Assembly: GCF_000018105.1 (NCBI RefSeq)
Contig: NC_009925.1
Coordinates: 4,800,001 to 4,832,000, forward strand
Source of the DNA: Acaryochloris marina MBIC11017
GTDB taxonomy: Bacteria; Cyanobacteriota; Cyanobacteriia; Thermosynechococcales; Thermosynechococcaceae
DNA: 32,000 nucleotides
Direction of reading: 5' to 3'
Position 1 is the stretch's first letter. Each line of letters opens with the position of its first letter. Position numbers and translations under genes: made by a program. Of the stretch, positions 1 to 9,764 are shown in pieces. The notes under the pieces were generated by a model. That model was not told the origin of the DNA. It saw only the letters and a program-made list of their open reading frames with translations, and did no database searches.

Positions 1-684
1 AACGCCCTTGTTGGCCCCAATGTTATTCCAAATGCTCTACCTTACCTAGGTGCAGGCTTAGTTTTAACTGCTGTCGGCGCATGGGGTGGTCTAGGAGTTA
101 TTTCTAGCTTTGGCCCCCAAACTTACAGGGCCACTAGTCTGCCAGCGATGATTCTGTTCTTTGTACTCTTCTTCGTGTCACAAAGAGCAGCCACTAAAGT
201 CAATAACAACGTTGCTTTGCCCCTGTTGGCAACATTCAGCTTAGTTACTGGCTATACCCTATCCTTGCTTGTTGACATCGCTCTAAAAACATCCGGAGTA
301 GGTGAAACGGGGTTAGCGATTGCTGCATTGAGTTGTGGCATTACCTTTATTGCCGCTCGTCCTATTGGAGCAAATCTATCAGATGAAGATGGATTTGCCC
401 TCACCAAAACAATTCAACTAGGGGTGATCGCTTTACTAGTTGTCATGTTTGCCCAAGTCATATGTATGTGGTTTGGCATTATTTCTCCTAGCTGGTTGGA
501 AATTGGGATTTCCGGCATTGGCGTACTGTTGTTTGTTGGAGCAGCTGTTGTTGACTTCTTTGTTCTGCCTAGAACTTATGAAGATGAGCAATATTTATCT
601 GCTGCTCTATCCATGTACTTGACCTACGTCAATCTGTTTATCTTTATCCTCAGATTCTTAATCGCAATTAATAGTAGAGATTAA
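1..684 (+). CDS. Bax inhibitor-1/YccA family membrane protein (5' end outside window)
   Basis: The frame of ORF 148..684 stays open back to nt 1 (NALVGPNVIPNALPYLGAGLVLTAVGAWGG...). The protein is multi-pass hydrophobic with a BI-1-like C-terminal pattern. Followed by a strong hairpin terminator. Confidence 0.7.
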   Translation, partial: NALVGPNVIPNALPYLGAGLVLTAVGAWGGLGVISSFGPQTYRATSLPAMILFFVLFFVSQRAATKVNNNVALPLLATFSLVTGYTLSLLVDIALKTSGVGETGLAIAALSCGITFIAARPIGANLSDEDGFALTKTIQLGVIALLVVMFAQVICMWFGIISPSWLEIGISGIGVLLFVGAAVVDFFVLPRTYEDEQYLSAALSMYLTYVNLFIFILRFLIAINSRD

Positions 685-707
685 CGATTGCAGCCGCTAG
701 TGCTTTA

Positions 708-750
708 GTTTCAGGGGGTTGGATAATTATCCAACCCCCTGAAACTTTTA
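708..750 (+). terminator. Rho-independent terminator-like hairpin
   Basis: Perfect 18-bp inverted repeat GTTTCAGGGGGTTGGATA / TATCCAACCCCCTGAAAC (708-745), followed by TTTTA, 24 nt after the stop codon at 684. Confidence 0.6.
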
Positions 751-816
751 AATTTCGAACAGAGTCTTTATAAATGAATAGGAAAAGCACTTAGAAAATA
801 TCGACCAGAGGGAAGA

Positions 817-1404
817 ATGATCGGTCAAACAATTCTGATGATGGCAGGACTCAGTTTAGGCATGAGTTTGATGGCCAACAAACCGCAAATATCTCCCCCC
901 AATCCCGTCTCTTCTACTGTGGCTAGACCTCCCTATAATTGCTTCACGCGTGAGGTTTGGAGTCCAGCGAAGCAGGCTTGGTGTGATCGCTTTGGTCCTC
1001 ACTCTGAGAGGGAGCATTGGCCTGATGTAGCGAGACCGGAGGTATGGGAGAGAGATCGCAACCGCTATACGCCAATTAGCCTAGATTCATTCTCCACTGA
1101 GGCTGCTTTGACAGGGACTGATCCCAAGTCCATTGCTTTATCCTTGGTCGAGTTACCCGACACTGAGGGAGACTCCCAAAAACGAACCTCCGTCTCGATT
1201 CAAAAAGGCCAGTCAGCCGTGGTGATGCTGTCTCAAGTTGGCTTGGCAGATGATTCGGTGCAAGGTCTTCGATACCGCTTTGAATTTGAGCCTCAGGGAA
1301 TGATTGAGGACGAGGAAAAATGGCAACTCGTTTGGATGGGGCGACAGCAACTCTGTTGGCCAGGCCGAGGGCCAGAAAAATGGACCAACCAACCTTGTCT
1401 GTAA
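817..1404 (+). CDS. hypothetical protein with N-terminal hydrophobic (signal-like) segment
   Basis: 195-aa ORF in an otherwise gene-free gap. N-terminus MIGQTILMMAGLSLGMSLMA is hydrophobic. No recognisable family. Confidence 0.5.
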   Translation: MIGQTILMMAGLSLGMSLMANKPQISPPNPVSSTVARPPYNCFTREVWSPAKQAWCDRFGPHSEREHWPDVARPEVWERDRNRYTPISLDSFSTEAALTGTDPKSIALSLVELPDTEGDSQKRTSVSIQKGQSAVVMLSQVGLADDSVQGLRYRFEFEPQGMIEDEEKWQLVWMGRQQLCWPGRGPEKWTNQPCL

Positions 1405-1405
1405 C

Positions 1406-2317
1406 TTAGGGATGTTGCGAGCGATCCAGTTCAGCATCTTCCCAGGACACTGGATCTTCGATGGGTTCTAAATGGGTCATCACATGGGTGCCAGGTAAAG
1501 CGGTCATAATCGATTGTTCCAAGATGTCGCATAGCTCATGGCCTTTTTGGACGGACCAATTCCCCGGCACTAGAACATGAAAAGAAACAAAATTTCGAGC
1601 CCCAGCCACACGGGTACGGAGGGCATGGAACTGAATACCTTGGGATTGGTAGGCCGTTAAAGTAGCGCGAATAACAGCTTGGTCTGCTTCAGGCAGCGCG
1701 CTGTCCATCAGCCCAGACATGGTTTCCCGAATCAGCTTGCTGGAGACCCAAGCAATATTCAAGGCAACTAATAGGGCCATGATTGGATCGAGAATCAGCC
1801 ATCCCGTCAGCTTCACAATTACCAAACCCGCCACCACCCCAACCGATGTCCAAACATCGGTTAATAAGTGGTGAGCATCAGCTCTGAGGGTGATCGAACG
1901 TAACCGTTTACCAGCCCGGAGTAAAACCCAGGCCACACCAGCATTGACTAGGGATGAAAGGATGGATAAGCCTAAACCGAGTTCCAACTCTGCGAGGGGC
2001 TGAGGATTAAACAATCGAGGTATGGCTGTGATGGCGATGCTAATCGCTGCCACTAGAATAAGAAGCCCCTCTAGACCGCTGGAAAAATATTCGGCTTTAG
2101 AATGACCGAAGGTATGTTCTTGATCGGGGGGTTGAGCAGCAACCGTTAAAGCCCAAAATGCCGCTAATGCAGCAATTAAGTTCACACTGGACTCGGCTAC
2201 ATCTGAAAATAAGCCAACGGAAGAAGTGAGCTGATAGGCACCAAATTTCAGCACCATTGTTATCAATGCAGCCGCAATCGATAACAGGATATAAGCTCGG
2301 GCAGCCTTACTGCTCAT
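1406..2317 (-). CDS. cation diffusion facilitator (CDF) family metal efflux transporter
   Basis: 303 aa with six N-terminal TM helices. Carries HxxxD-type motifs (HHLLTDV; FSDVAES) and a C-terminal cytoplasmic domain typical of CzcD/FieF-like proteins. Confidence 0.85.
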   Translation of the reverse strand: MSSKAARAYILLSIAAALITMVLKFGAYQLTSSVGLFSDVAESSVNLIAALAAFWALTVAAQPPDQEHTFGHSKAEYFSSGLEGLLILVAAISIAITAIPRLFNPQPLAELELGLGLSILSSLVNAGVAWVLLRAGKRLRSITLRADAHHLLTDVWTSVGVVAGLVIVKLTGWLILDPIMALLVALNIAWVSSKLIRETMSGLMDSALPEADQAVIRATLTAYQSQGIQFHALRTRVAGARNFVSFHVLVPGNWSVQKGHELCDILEQSIMTALPGTHVMTHLEPIEDPVSWEDAELDRSQHP

Positions 2318-2332
2318 AACGTTATCTACACC

Positions 2333-3526
2333 TCAGCCCCCATACCAAAGGGCTTCAATTTTATGGGCCATCTCTACGGCCATAACTGAATCTTCAGAGG
2401 ATAATAACATTGTCGCATGTCCTAGCTTCCGCCCAGGCCGACTTTCTGTCTTGCCATACCAATGAACGAAGGTCTGGGGAAGGGCAGCAATGGCCTGCCG
2501 TTTTTGTAAATAATCATGGTGGCTGGTTTCAAATCCCAGTAGGTTGACCATGACGGCAGCGGAAGTGAGGTGAGTTGGCCCTAAAGGCTGACCACTAATC
2601 GCCCGTAGATGCTGCGCAAATTGGGAGGTGGTGCAGGCATCGATGGTGAGATGGCCAGAATTATGGGTGCGAGGGGCAATTTCATTGACCCACACTTGGT
2701 CGTCAGCGGTTTGGAATAACTCAATCCCCACAATCCCCACCATATCCAGATGTTCTAATATCTGGGATGCGATCTGATCAATTTGTGCCTGAGTTTGGGG
2801 CGATAGTTGCACAGGGGCAATAGCCCAATGACAAACCTGATCCTGCTGATGAGTTTCTACCACTGGGAACAGGGAAATCTCCCCCGTGGTAGAGCGAGCT
2901 GCCATAACCGCCAGCTCCCACTGAAAGGGGACATAAGCTTCCACCATCAATACAGACGGATCCTGTTTGGCTTGCTGCCAACATTGGGCCAAGTCTGCCG
3001 AAGTATGACAAATAAAAGTGCCCTGGCCGTCATAGCCATTGCGCCGCGCTTTAACAACGACGGGAAACTCGAAGGATGGGGGCAGGGAGTCAGATGTTAG
3101 GGTTGCAAATTGGGGGACAGATATGCCAAGGGAAGCAAAAAAGCTGCGTTGCTCATACTTATCGAGTAGGGGCGTAAGGCTGGCTAAGCTGGGGCGAAAG
3201 CAAGCCCCTTGGGCTTCTAGCTTTCCTAAGGCGTCTAAATCAACAAACTCATTTTCGAAGGTAATGACTTGGCACTGTTGAGCGAGTTGAGCGGTGGCGG
3301 CAGCATCCGTAATAGGGGCGAGAATGGCCTGCTGGTCTAGATCCGCCACACTTTGGAGGGCTGAGTCAGAGACGTTGGGGGTTTGGAAAACGAGGTTGAG
3401 GTCTAAGGATGGAGCTGCTTGATTTAACATCCAAGCTAGCTGACCACCGCCCAGAACACCAACGGTATGAATGGGGACTTGAGGGGATGTAGGAGCGGAC
3501 GAAGTTGCGATCGCAAAATCAGACAT
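2333..3526 (-). CDS. purK: 5-(carboxyamino)imidazole ribonucleotide synthase (N5-CAIR synthetase, ATP-grasp)
   Basis: 397 aa. Motifs GVLGGGQLAWML, VVKARRNGYDGQG, NEIAPRTHNSGH and RPGRKLGH are PurK hallmarks. Confidence 0.85.
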   Translation of the reverse strand: MSDFAIATSSAPTSPQVPIHTVGVLGGGQLAWMLNQAAPSLDLNLVFQTPNVSDSALQSVADLDQQAILAPITDAAATAQLAQQCQVITFENEFVDLDALGKLEAQGACFRPSLASLTPLLDKYEQRSFFASLGISVPQFATLTSDSLPPSFEFPVVVKARRNGYDGQGTFICHTSADLAQCWQQAKQDPSVLMVEAYVPFQWELAVMAARSTTGEISLFPVVETHQQDQVCHWAIAPVQLSPQTQAQIDQIASQILEHLDMVGIVGIELFQTADDQVWVNEIAPRTHNSGHLTIDACTTSQFAQHLRAISGQPLGPTHLTSAAVMVNLLGFETSHHDYLQKRQAIAALPQTFVHWYGKTESRPGRKLGHATMLLSSEDSVMAVEMAHKIEALWYGG

Positions 3527-3541
3527 AAAACCTAGTTATTT

Positions 3542-3976
3542 TTAAAAGGCTGGCTCAGGCTCTGCTTCTGGTGGTGTTTCCGAAGCGACATCGCCCTGAA
3601 CCCGTTCAGTATTGCCCATGGACACCCAGCCTTCCACATCCTCGCCTTTTAGGTCAGCTTTAATCTTCTGCCATTTTTGGTCTGGTGATGTTTCAATCAC
3701 GGTGACGGGCTCTTCGTATTCTAGGACTTTAATAACATCCGCATCCGAAGATCTTTCTTTTCTAAGGAATAAACCGTCGGGGTAAATGACGACTGCTGGA
3801 TAGGGCTTAGGCTTAGCAGGCGTTGTGGGTTTAGCGTCGTTAGGAAACTTAGGTTTTTCAGGGATTTGGGAAAATCGGTTCAGGTACAAATAGCCAGCAC
3901 CCACCACTGCTCCCCCAACAATTGTCAAACCCAAGATGATACCAATGACGATTTGAGCGATCTGAGACGGTTTCAT
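3542..3976 (-). CDS. membrane-anchored SH3-like domain protein
   Basis: 144 aa. One N-terminal TM helix (IVIGIILGLTIVGGAVVGAGYLYL), a Pro/Lys linker, and an SH3b-like C-terminus (VTVIETSPDQKWQKIKADLKGEDVEGWV). Confidence 0.55.
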   Translation of the reverse strand: MKPSQIAQIVIGIILGLTIVGGAVVGAGYLYLNRFSQIPEKPKFPNDAKPTTPAKPKPYPAVVIYPDGLFLRKERSSDADVIKVLEYEEPVTVIETSPDQKWQKIKADLKGEDVEGWVSMGNTERVQGDVASETPPEAEPEPAF

Positions 3977-4067
3977 ACAGGCATCAAGATGACAAAGTTA
4001 GTCAAATTCTAAGGGTAGAGAACAATTAATGGTTATTCAAATAAAAATTATTTGCAGCACAGTCCGA

Positions 4068-5591
4068 TTAATCCGGCTGTTGAAGTTGCCGCTGAATGCG
4101 CAAGCTTAGTGTACTATGCTTGGACGCTAATCGTGCTTTCCCTGATGCTGCCCAATCTTGGAGAAATTCTACCTGTTCTTGGGCCGTACGGGCTAAAGGA
4201 ATGATTTGGCTGGCGGCTTCTAAGATATCATCCGTCGTAAAGTCTCGGTTCTGGCTAAATCCCAAATGCATCGCTTCAATAATGCTTTGTTCCAGCTCGG
4301 CTCCCGAGAAATCAGGGGTTTCGTAAGCTAATCGCTGTAAATCATATTGATTGAGGTTATGGGGACGTAGCCGAGATAAATGCACCGAAAAAATCGCTTC
4401 CCGTTCTTCCTTGGTCGGTAATCCCACAAAAAAGATCTCATCAAATCGCCCTTTTCGTAGCATCTCTGGGGGTAAAGACTGGATATTATTAGCCGTTGCT
4501 ACGACAAAGACCGGAGAGGTTTTCTCCGCTAGCCAAGTAATAAAGGTGCCAAACACCCGGCTGGTTGTCCCCGAATCCCCCCGACCATCAATGCCTGCAA
4601 AGGCTTTATCAATTTCATCAATCCAGAGAATGCAAGGGGCAAGGGCCTCCGAAAGCTGAATCATTTGTCGGGTTCGAGACTCTGACTCTCCAACTAATCC
4701 GGCAAATAGACGCCCTACATCCAGACGCAATAGCGGCAGGTGCCAATGGTGGGCAATCGCCTTCGCCGTTAAGGATTTGCCTGTCCCTTGGATGCCGACT
4801 AACAATAGACCACGAGGATGGGGTAAACCATACTGTCGCGCTTTTTCAGAGAAGGCACCTCCTCGGCGCAGCAGCCAATCCTTAAGATTATCGAGGCCAC
4901 CAATATCGGAAATATTTTCCCGAGCGGGATAAAAATCCAGAATCTGGGTTTGGCGAATGGTTTGTCGTTTCTCTTCCAGGATAAGTTCCACATCATCAGC
5001 GCTGAGTTGCCCATGGGTTGCGATTGCGCGGGACAATACCCGCCGAATCCGATCCATCGTTAACCCTTGGCAGGAACGGGCCAAATCATCCAAATCCTTA
5101 CCCGTCAAAGGTTGAGTGGTGGCAGCCAATAGACGTTCCACTTCAGAACGAATGTCTCCTAAATCAGGTAGAGGAAAATCAATCACATGGACCACTTCCC
5201 CCAAATCACTGGGAATGGCTACCTCACTGGCGAGCAAGACGATATTCTTGGGCTGAGACTTTAGCAGTCGAGATAGATTACGAAGCTTCCGAGAAATGGC
5301 CACATCCTCTAAAAATCGATTGAAATCTCGCAGGATAAAAATCGCAGGGGCAGACGTGGGTAGCTGCTCAATAAGTTCTAGGGCCTGCAAAGGGTTGCGT
5401 TGACCAAACCCTGCATCCGTGGGGTTCCCTTGATAGCCATCCACAAAGTCCCAAGTATAGACCGCTCGATTCCCCTGACGTTGAGCCGAATCCGCAATCA
5501 CCGATTCCACTCGTTCTTCCTCTTGCGTCGGAATATAAATTAATGGATATCGGGCTCTTAGGAGTAACTCAAACTCATGACTGAAACTCAT
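4068..5591 (-). CDS. ycf46: Ycf46-like AAA+ ATPase
   Basis: Walker A GIQGTGKS, Walker B ILWIDEIDK and second region of homology ATANN...RKGRFDE. The N-terminus MSFSHEFELLLRARYPLIYIPTQEEERVE resembles cyanobacterial or plastid Ycf46. The start was chosen at this Met; the ORF itself is open up to 5684. Confidence 0.8.
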   Translation of the reverse strand: MSFSHEFELLLRARYPLIYIPTQEEERVESVIADSAQRQGNRAVYTWDFVDGYQGNPTDAGFGQRNPLQALELIEQLPTSAPAIFILRDFNRFLEDVAISRKLRNLSRLLKSQPKNIVLLASEVAIPSDLGEVVHVIDFPLPDLGDIRSEVERLLAATTQPLTGKDLDDLARSCQGLTMDRIRRVLSRAIATHGQLSADDVELILEEKRQTIRQTQILDFYPARENISDIGGLDNLKDWLLRRGGAFSEKARQYGLPHPRGLLLVGIQGTGKSLTAKAIAHHWHLPLLRLDVGRLFAGLVGESESRTRQMIQLSEALAPCILWIDEIDKAFAGIDGRGDSGTTSRVFGTFITWLAEKTSPVFVVATANNIQSLPPEMLRKGRFDEIFFVGLPTKEEREAIFSVHLSRLRPHNLNQYDLQRLAYETPDFSGAELEQSIIEAMHLGFSQNRDFTTDDILEAASQIIPLARTAQEQVEFLQDWAASGKARLASKHSTLSLRIQRQLQQPD

Positions 5592-5853
5592 GGGACTAAC
5601 CCTGACATAGTGAATATTTTTTGAGAGCAAGCATAAATGGCCACGAATTCCATCAACAACCTGTGGATAGATCCCGCTTGCCAATTCTACCTGGGCATTG
5701 AGAAGGATTGCATCACGCTGGAATGTGGAAAACTGATGCTTCTCCCTGGGTAAACTGAGTAAACCACCTTATCCATAGGAGATCTTGCACCAACCCAGGC
5801 TATCCCAATATGGGACATGGATATGAGGCAAACAATCATCAGGGGGAAATCCC

Positions 5854-6408
5854 ATGTCCATTATTCAATCGACGGATCTGGAAGCACGAGGACTGCTGAA
5901 TGATCAATCATCAGCACTGCAAATTAAAGGCAAATGGTTTAGGCCTGGCCCTGCTTTTACTAAATCCTTACTACAAACAGCCCTAGAATTCTGTGAGGAT
6001 GCCCGAAACCAGGGGCGACAATATTTACTCATTGAATTCCCCACCTATTTCATGGCTTGGCAACGCATTCGCCCTAAAAAATCCACATCACCCTCGCAGA
6101 AACCGCCCGCTTCCCCACAAGCCATTTCTTCTCAAACTTCACCGCCACCCAAGCCGACCGCTCAGCCTAGCCCACCCACAGAGCCACCCGATCTATCCAC
6201 TAAAGCAACCCTGGCTAGTGTAAATCGGATCTTTATTAACCGTTGTAAAACGGAGCTGGCTATTCATGTGGGGCCAATGGCTGATTTCTTAACCGAACAG
6301 ATTTTGAAGCAGTCACCTCAGCTGTCGCCCCAGCAGCTCATTGATGCCCTTGCCCAACAAATACCTGATCCCCAAGCGGCCCTAGCCTTTCGCAAAACCT
6401 TGGAGTAA
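5854..6408 (+). CDS. hypothetical protein with Pro-rich linker (paralog of 6668..7258)
   Basis: 184 aa, with GGGGGA upstream of the ATG. Shares N- and C-terminal blocks with the next gene (INRCKTELAIHVGPMADFLTEQIL versus ISRCKQELANCIGPIADLVFEQTL). Confidence 0.6.
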   Translation: MSIIQSTDLEARGLLNDQSSALQIKGKWFRPGPAFTKSLLQTALEFCEDARNQGRQYLLIEFPTYFMAWQRIRPKKSTSPSQKPPASPQAISSQTSPPPKPTAQPSPPTEPPDLSTKATLASVNRIFINRCKTELAIHVGPMADFLTEQILKQSPQLSPQQLIDALAQQIPDPQAALAFRKTLE

Positions 6409-6667
6409 GGTTACTTTTTAAACACAAAGTAAATATGTTCATTTTCTGATATCTACACCCTGGAGAATACTGTTAATCACGAACAGAAACTCTTCCAGGT
6501 TTTGATGATGATTAATTTGCGAGCAAGAGATTATTCAGACCATAGGTACTTGTTGCAAAGTAAGTTTACACTTACCGAGTTGACGTTTATACTCATCAAT
6601 AATTAGCTCTGTTAGCAGAGTGGTTTAGGGGGGATTTGCTTGCTATCACTTCAGCAGGAGGATTCTC

Positions 6668-7258
6668 TTGAAAGTTATTCAAGTTCAAGATCTGCAAGCA
6701 CAAGATATTCAAGGCATTAGTGAGCATCAGCTCTTATTTCACGGTCAATTATTTCAGTTAGGGCCTAAAATCTCCAAAAAATTAGAGAAAGCGGTTCTGG
6801 AATATTGCCAAATCTCCTGTAGATCCGGTCAAGCCTGCTTGCTTCAAGATGATGGCTCCCATTGGGTGGTCTGGAAACGGGTCAAGAAATCACCTGAACC
6901 ATCAAGGGCTCTTCCATCCAACTCTGCGCCCAATGTTTTCCAACCGCGCACCCTCTCTCCTCAGTTCATTAGCCGCTGTAAGCAAGAGCTGGCGAACTGC
7001 ATTGGCCCGATTGCTGACTTAGTCTTTGAACAAACTCTGTCCAGCCTCAACACAGATATCCTTAAACCTCAGGAATTTGTTGCGGCCTTAAGCCAAAATA
7101 TTCCATCCTCCGCTTTAGCCTCTAGATTCCATGATCATTGCCAACCCGCCTCGGAGGCCGAGATGGTCGCATCTAGAGTTCGATTCATGAAGCATTCTAC
7201 TCAAGCCGGCGATTATCTCAGCCGTAATAAGCGGGTTCATTCCCCGGTTTCCATTTAA
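6668..7258 (+). CDS. hypothetical protein (paralog of 5854..6408)
   Basis: 196 aa. TTG start preceded by AGGAGG. Same two-domain layout as the upstream gene. Its 3' end overlaps the convergent gene by 41 bp, so the true stop or extent is uncertain. Confidence 0.5.
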   Translation: MKVIQVQDLQAQDIQGISEHQLLFHGQLFQLGPKISKKLEKAVLEYCQISCRSGQACLLQDDGSHWVVWKRVKKSPEPSRALPSNSAPNVFQPRTLSPQFISRCKQELANCIGPIADLVFEQTLSSLNTDILKPQEFVAALSQNIPSSALASRFHDHCQPASEAEMVASRVRFMKHSTQAGDYLSRNKRVHSPVSI

Positions 7259-7799
7259 TATTGCAGCCAATACTGGGTTTCTGGTTTGCCGAAATCGGCT
7301 GTTCTGCCAAGGCAGCATCCAACGCTCCTCGCAAATCTTCCCCCGTCACCATCAGATTATTGCTGGGACGGCTATCGTCTAGCTGTCCTCGATAGACGAG
7401 TTTGCGGTGAGCATCAAAGACAAAAAAGTCGGGTGTACAGGCCGCAGTATATTGCTTGGCAACGTCTTGGTGTTCATCAAAACAGATGGGAAAGTTATAG
7501 CCGAGGCTGGTCGCCATGGCGGTTAAGTGCTCTGGATCGTCCAAGGGGTGGCTCTGGATATCGTTAGAGCTGATCGCCACAATTCCCAAACTTTGATCAG
7601 AATAATCGTGACCAATCTGAGCCAGTTCGGCTTGGACATGTTTCACAAACGGACAGTGCTGGCAAATAAACATCACTAGGAGAACGTTGCGATGGGCAAA
7701 TGTCTCTAAGGAAATGGTTTGCCCACTGACCACATCTGGCAGCTGAAAGTTGGGAGCGGGTGTCCCCAGATCCAACATTGTCGAAGCGGTTAACACCAT
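7218..7799 (-). CDS. thioredoxin-fold (AhpC/TSA-redoxin family) thiol-disulfide oxidoreductase
   Basis: 193 aa. CxxC motif (CQHCPFV) within the VLLVMFICQHCP context. Length and layout are typical of thioredoxin-family proteins. Confidence 0.8.
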   Translation of the reverse strand: MVLTASTMLDLGTPAPNFQLPDVVSGQTISLETFAHRNVLLVMFICQHCPFVKHVQAELAQIGHDYSDQSLGIVAISSNDIQSHPLDDPEHLTAMATSLGYNFPICFDEHQDVAKQYTAACTPDFFVFDAHRKLVYRGQLDDSRPSNNLMVTGEDLRGALDAALAEQPISANQKPSIGCNIKWKPGNEPAYYG

Positions 7800-8065
7800 A
7801 ATGTCTACCCTTGAGCAATTAGCACACTAAAACTTTATTCTGCCGTGACCCTACTCAGATTACCAAGCGGTCATTCTTAACCTGCCGCTCATCCATTCAA
7901 GACGGATGTCACAAAGCAATGGTGGTCTGTTCACCTTAAAGCTAACAGAATTGGTGAAAGAGATGAAGAAAACGCCTTAAATTAGAGATCTATGTCATCT
8001 TGTTGGCAGTGCCACAGCCCAAAATCCTGGGTTCAAATGTAAATCACAACAGAATGTGCTCACAC

Positions 8066-9736
8066 ATGAGAAATTGGCAAACGATTGAGAACACGGCCTT
8101 TGACCTCATCGTGATTGGGGGAGGCAGTAATGGAGCAGGGGTGGCCCGTGATGCGGCTCTGCGAGGCCTTAAAACTCTGCTGATCGATAAAGATGATTTC
8201 GGCAGCGGCACCACAGGCTGGTCGAGCCGGTTGATTCATGGCGGGCTGCGCTATCTGGAATACTTTGAATTCAACCTGGTCCGGGAATCCTTGCGAGAGC
8301 GGGAAGTGCTATTACGGGTGGCCCCCCATTTAGTCCGGCCTCTACAGATGTCGATTCCCGTCTATGCCAGCGGCTCGCGAGCTTTCTGGGAAATTCAGGC
8401 CGGAATGCTGCTCTATGATGTTCTCAGTTTTGATAAATCCCTACCCAATCACCGGATTTTGCCTCTGCAAAAGTGCTTGCAGCTATTTCGGCACCTGAAT
8501 CCAAAAGGGTTAAAAGGGGCAGCCCAATATTTTGATGCCCAAGTCGTTCATGCTGAGCGCCTCTGTTTGGAATTAGTGCTGTCGGCCCAAACTGCAGGGG
8601 CGACAACCCTGAACTATGCCCAAGTGTCTCAGCTTCAAGTCGAAGGAGATCGAGTCACAGGCATTACTCTTGACGACTTGATTGCAGAGACCACCCATAC
8701 AGTCCAACTATCCCCCCAAACCGTGGTGATTAATACGGCAGGTCCCTGGGTCGATCAGGTTTTACAAGGGATACAGTCTCCAACCCCGAAACAAGAGCGA
8801 AAAATCGGCGGTACTAAAGGCAGCCATATTATCGTCGATCCCTTTCCCGGAGCCCCCGACGCTGCCCTTTATGCGGAAGCCGAAGTCGATAACCGTCCCT
8901 TTTTCATTCTGCCCTGGGCCAATCAATATCTGATTGGGACTACAGATATTCGGTATAGCGGTGATTTAGATCGGGTTAAGGCCGATGACGCTGAAATTGA
9001 TTATTTGCTGAATGAAACCAATCGAGTGATTCCCTGTGCCCAACTGTCTCGGGCTGATATTCGCTTTACCTATGCCGGTGTCCGACCGCTCCCCTATAGC
9101 GAAGGGAAAAAGACCAGCAGTATTACCCGCAGCCATGTTCTCTACGATCACTGCAAAGACGGCATTACCAATTTAATTTCTTTAATTGGCGGTAAGCTTA
9201 CCACCTATCGGCAGGTGGCAGAAGAAATGGTGGATGCTGTGTTGAAGAAGCAAGGTCGCGGCCCAATTCCTTGTGTAACCAAGCAAGAGCTATTTCCAGG
9301 TGCGATCTCACTCAACGATACCTTGATCGAAACCATGATCAGCAAATACCAGTCCCTCGTTAGCCGAGAGACTGTCTTTCATCTGTTCTCTATCTATGGC
9401 AGTTTTGCTGTGAAGATTTTGGCTCTTATTGATGAAACCCCAGAACTAGCCGAGCCGATTACCCCATCCCTACTCGATATTAAGGCCCAAGTGGTCTATG
9501 CGGTCCAATCTGAACACGCCCACACCCTCGTCGATATATGCGTGCGGCGAACGATTTTGGCGATGCAAACCAATTATGGTTTTGATGTGCTGCCAGCAGT
9601 GACGGCAATTTTGAAGCAATACTGCAACTGGAGTGACGCAGATTGTGATCACCACATCCAACACTATCATCGGTTTATGGAAGCCAATAGTTTGCCTGAT
9701 TTTGTGACGGCTCAGACAACAGCGCCTATCCGTTGA
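8066..9736 (+). CDS. glpD: FAD-dependent glycerol-3-phosphate dehydrogenase/oxidase
   Basis: Dinucleotide-binding motif DLIVIGGGSNGAGVARDAALRG, plus LIHGGLRYLE and GGKLTTYR motifs. The start is uncertain: the ORF opens at 8000 (TTG), with ATGs at 8054 and 8066. Confidence 0.85.
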   Translation: MRNWQTIENTAFDLIVIGGGSNGAGVARDAALRGLKTLLIDKDDFGSGTTGWSSRLIHGGLRYLEYFEFNLVRESLREREVLLRVAPHLVRPLQMSIPVYASGSRAFWEIQAGMLLYDVLSFDKSLPNHRILPLQKCLQLFRHLNPKGLKGAAQYFDAQVVHAERLCLELVLSAQTAGATTLNYAQVSQLQVEGDRVTGITLDDLIAETTHTVQLSPQTVVINTAGPWVDQVLQGIQSPTPKQERKIGGTKGSHIIVDPFPGAPDAALYAEAEVDNRPFFILPWANQYLIGTTDIRYSGDLDRVKADDAEIDYLLNETNRVIPCAQLSRADIRFTYAGVRPLPYSEGKKTSSITRSHVLYDHCKDGITNLISLIGGKLTTYRQVAEEMVDAVLKKQGRGPIPCVTKQELFPGAISLNDTLIETMISKYQSLVSRETVFHLFSIYGSFAVKILALIDETPELAEPITPSLLDIKAQVVYAVQSEHAHTLVDICVRRTILAMQTNYGFDVLPAVTAILKQYCNWSDADCDHHIQHYHRFMEANSLPDFVTAQTTAPIR

Positions 9737-9764
9737 CGTTCTCTCCAGTTAGGATTTTGCTTGC

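Noticed and set aside
3505-3515. GCGATCGC (HIP1) palindromes here and at about 12983, 14463, 19321, 25932, 28543 and 31556
   Set aside because: This is a genome-wide cyanobacterial signature. It is useful for taxonomy only and is not a local functional element.
5592-5684. 31-codon N-terminal extension of the ycf46-like ORF
   Set aside because: The Ycf46-like conserved N-terminus begins at the internal Met (MSFSHEFELL). The extension shows no conserved character, so the shorter start is preferred, though this is not proven.
7218-7258. 41-bp convergent overlap between 6668..7258 and the thioredoxin-like gene as a regulatory feature
   Set aside because: It most likely reflects an unconstrained C-terminal tail of the hypothetical ORF rather than a designed antisense arrangement.
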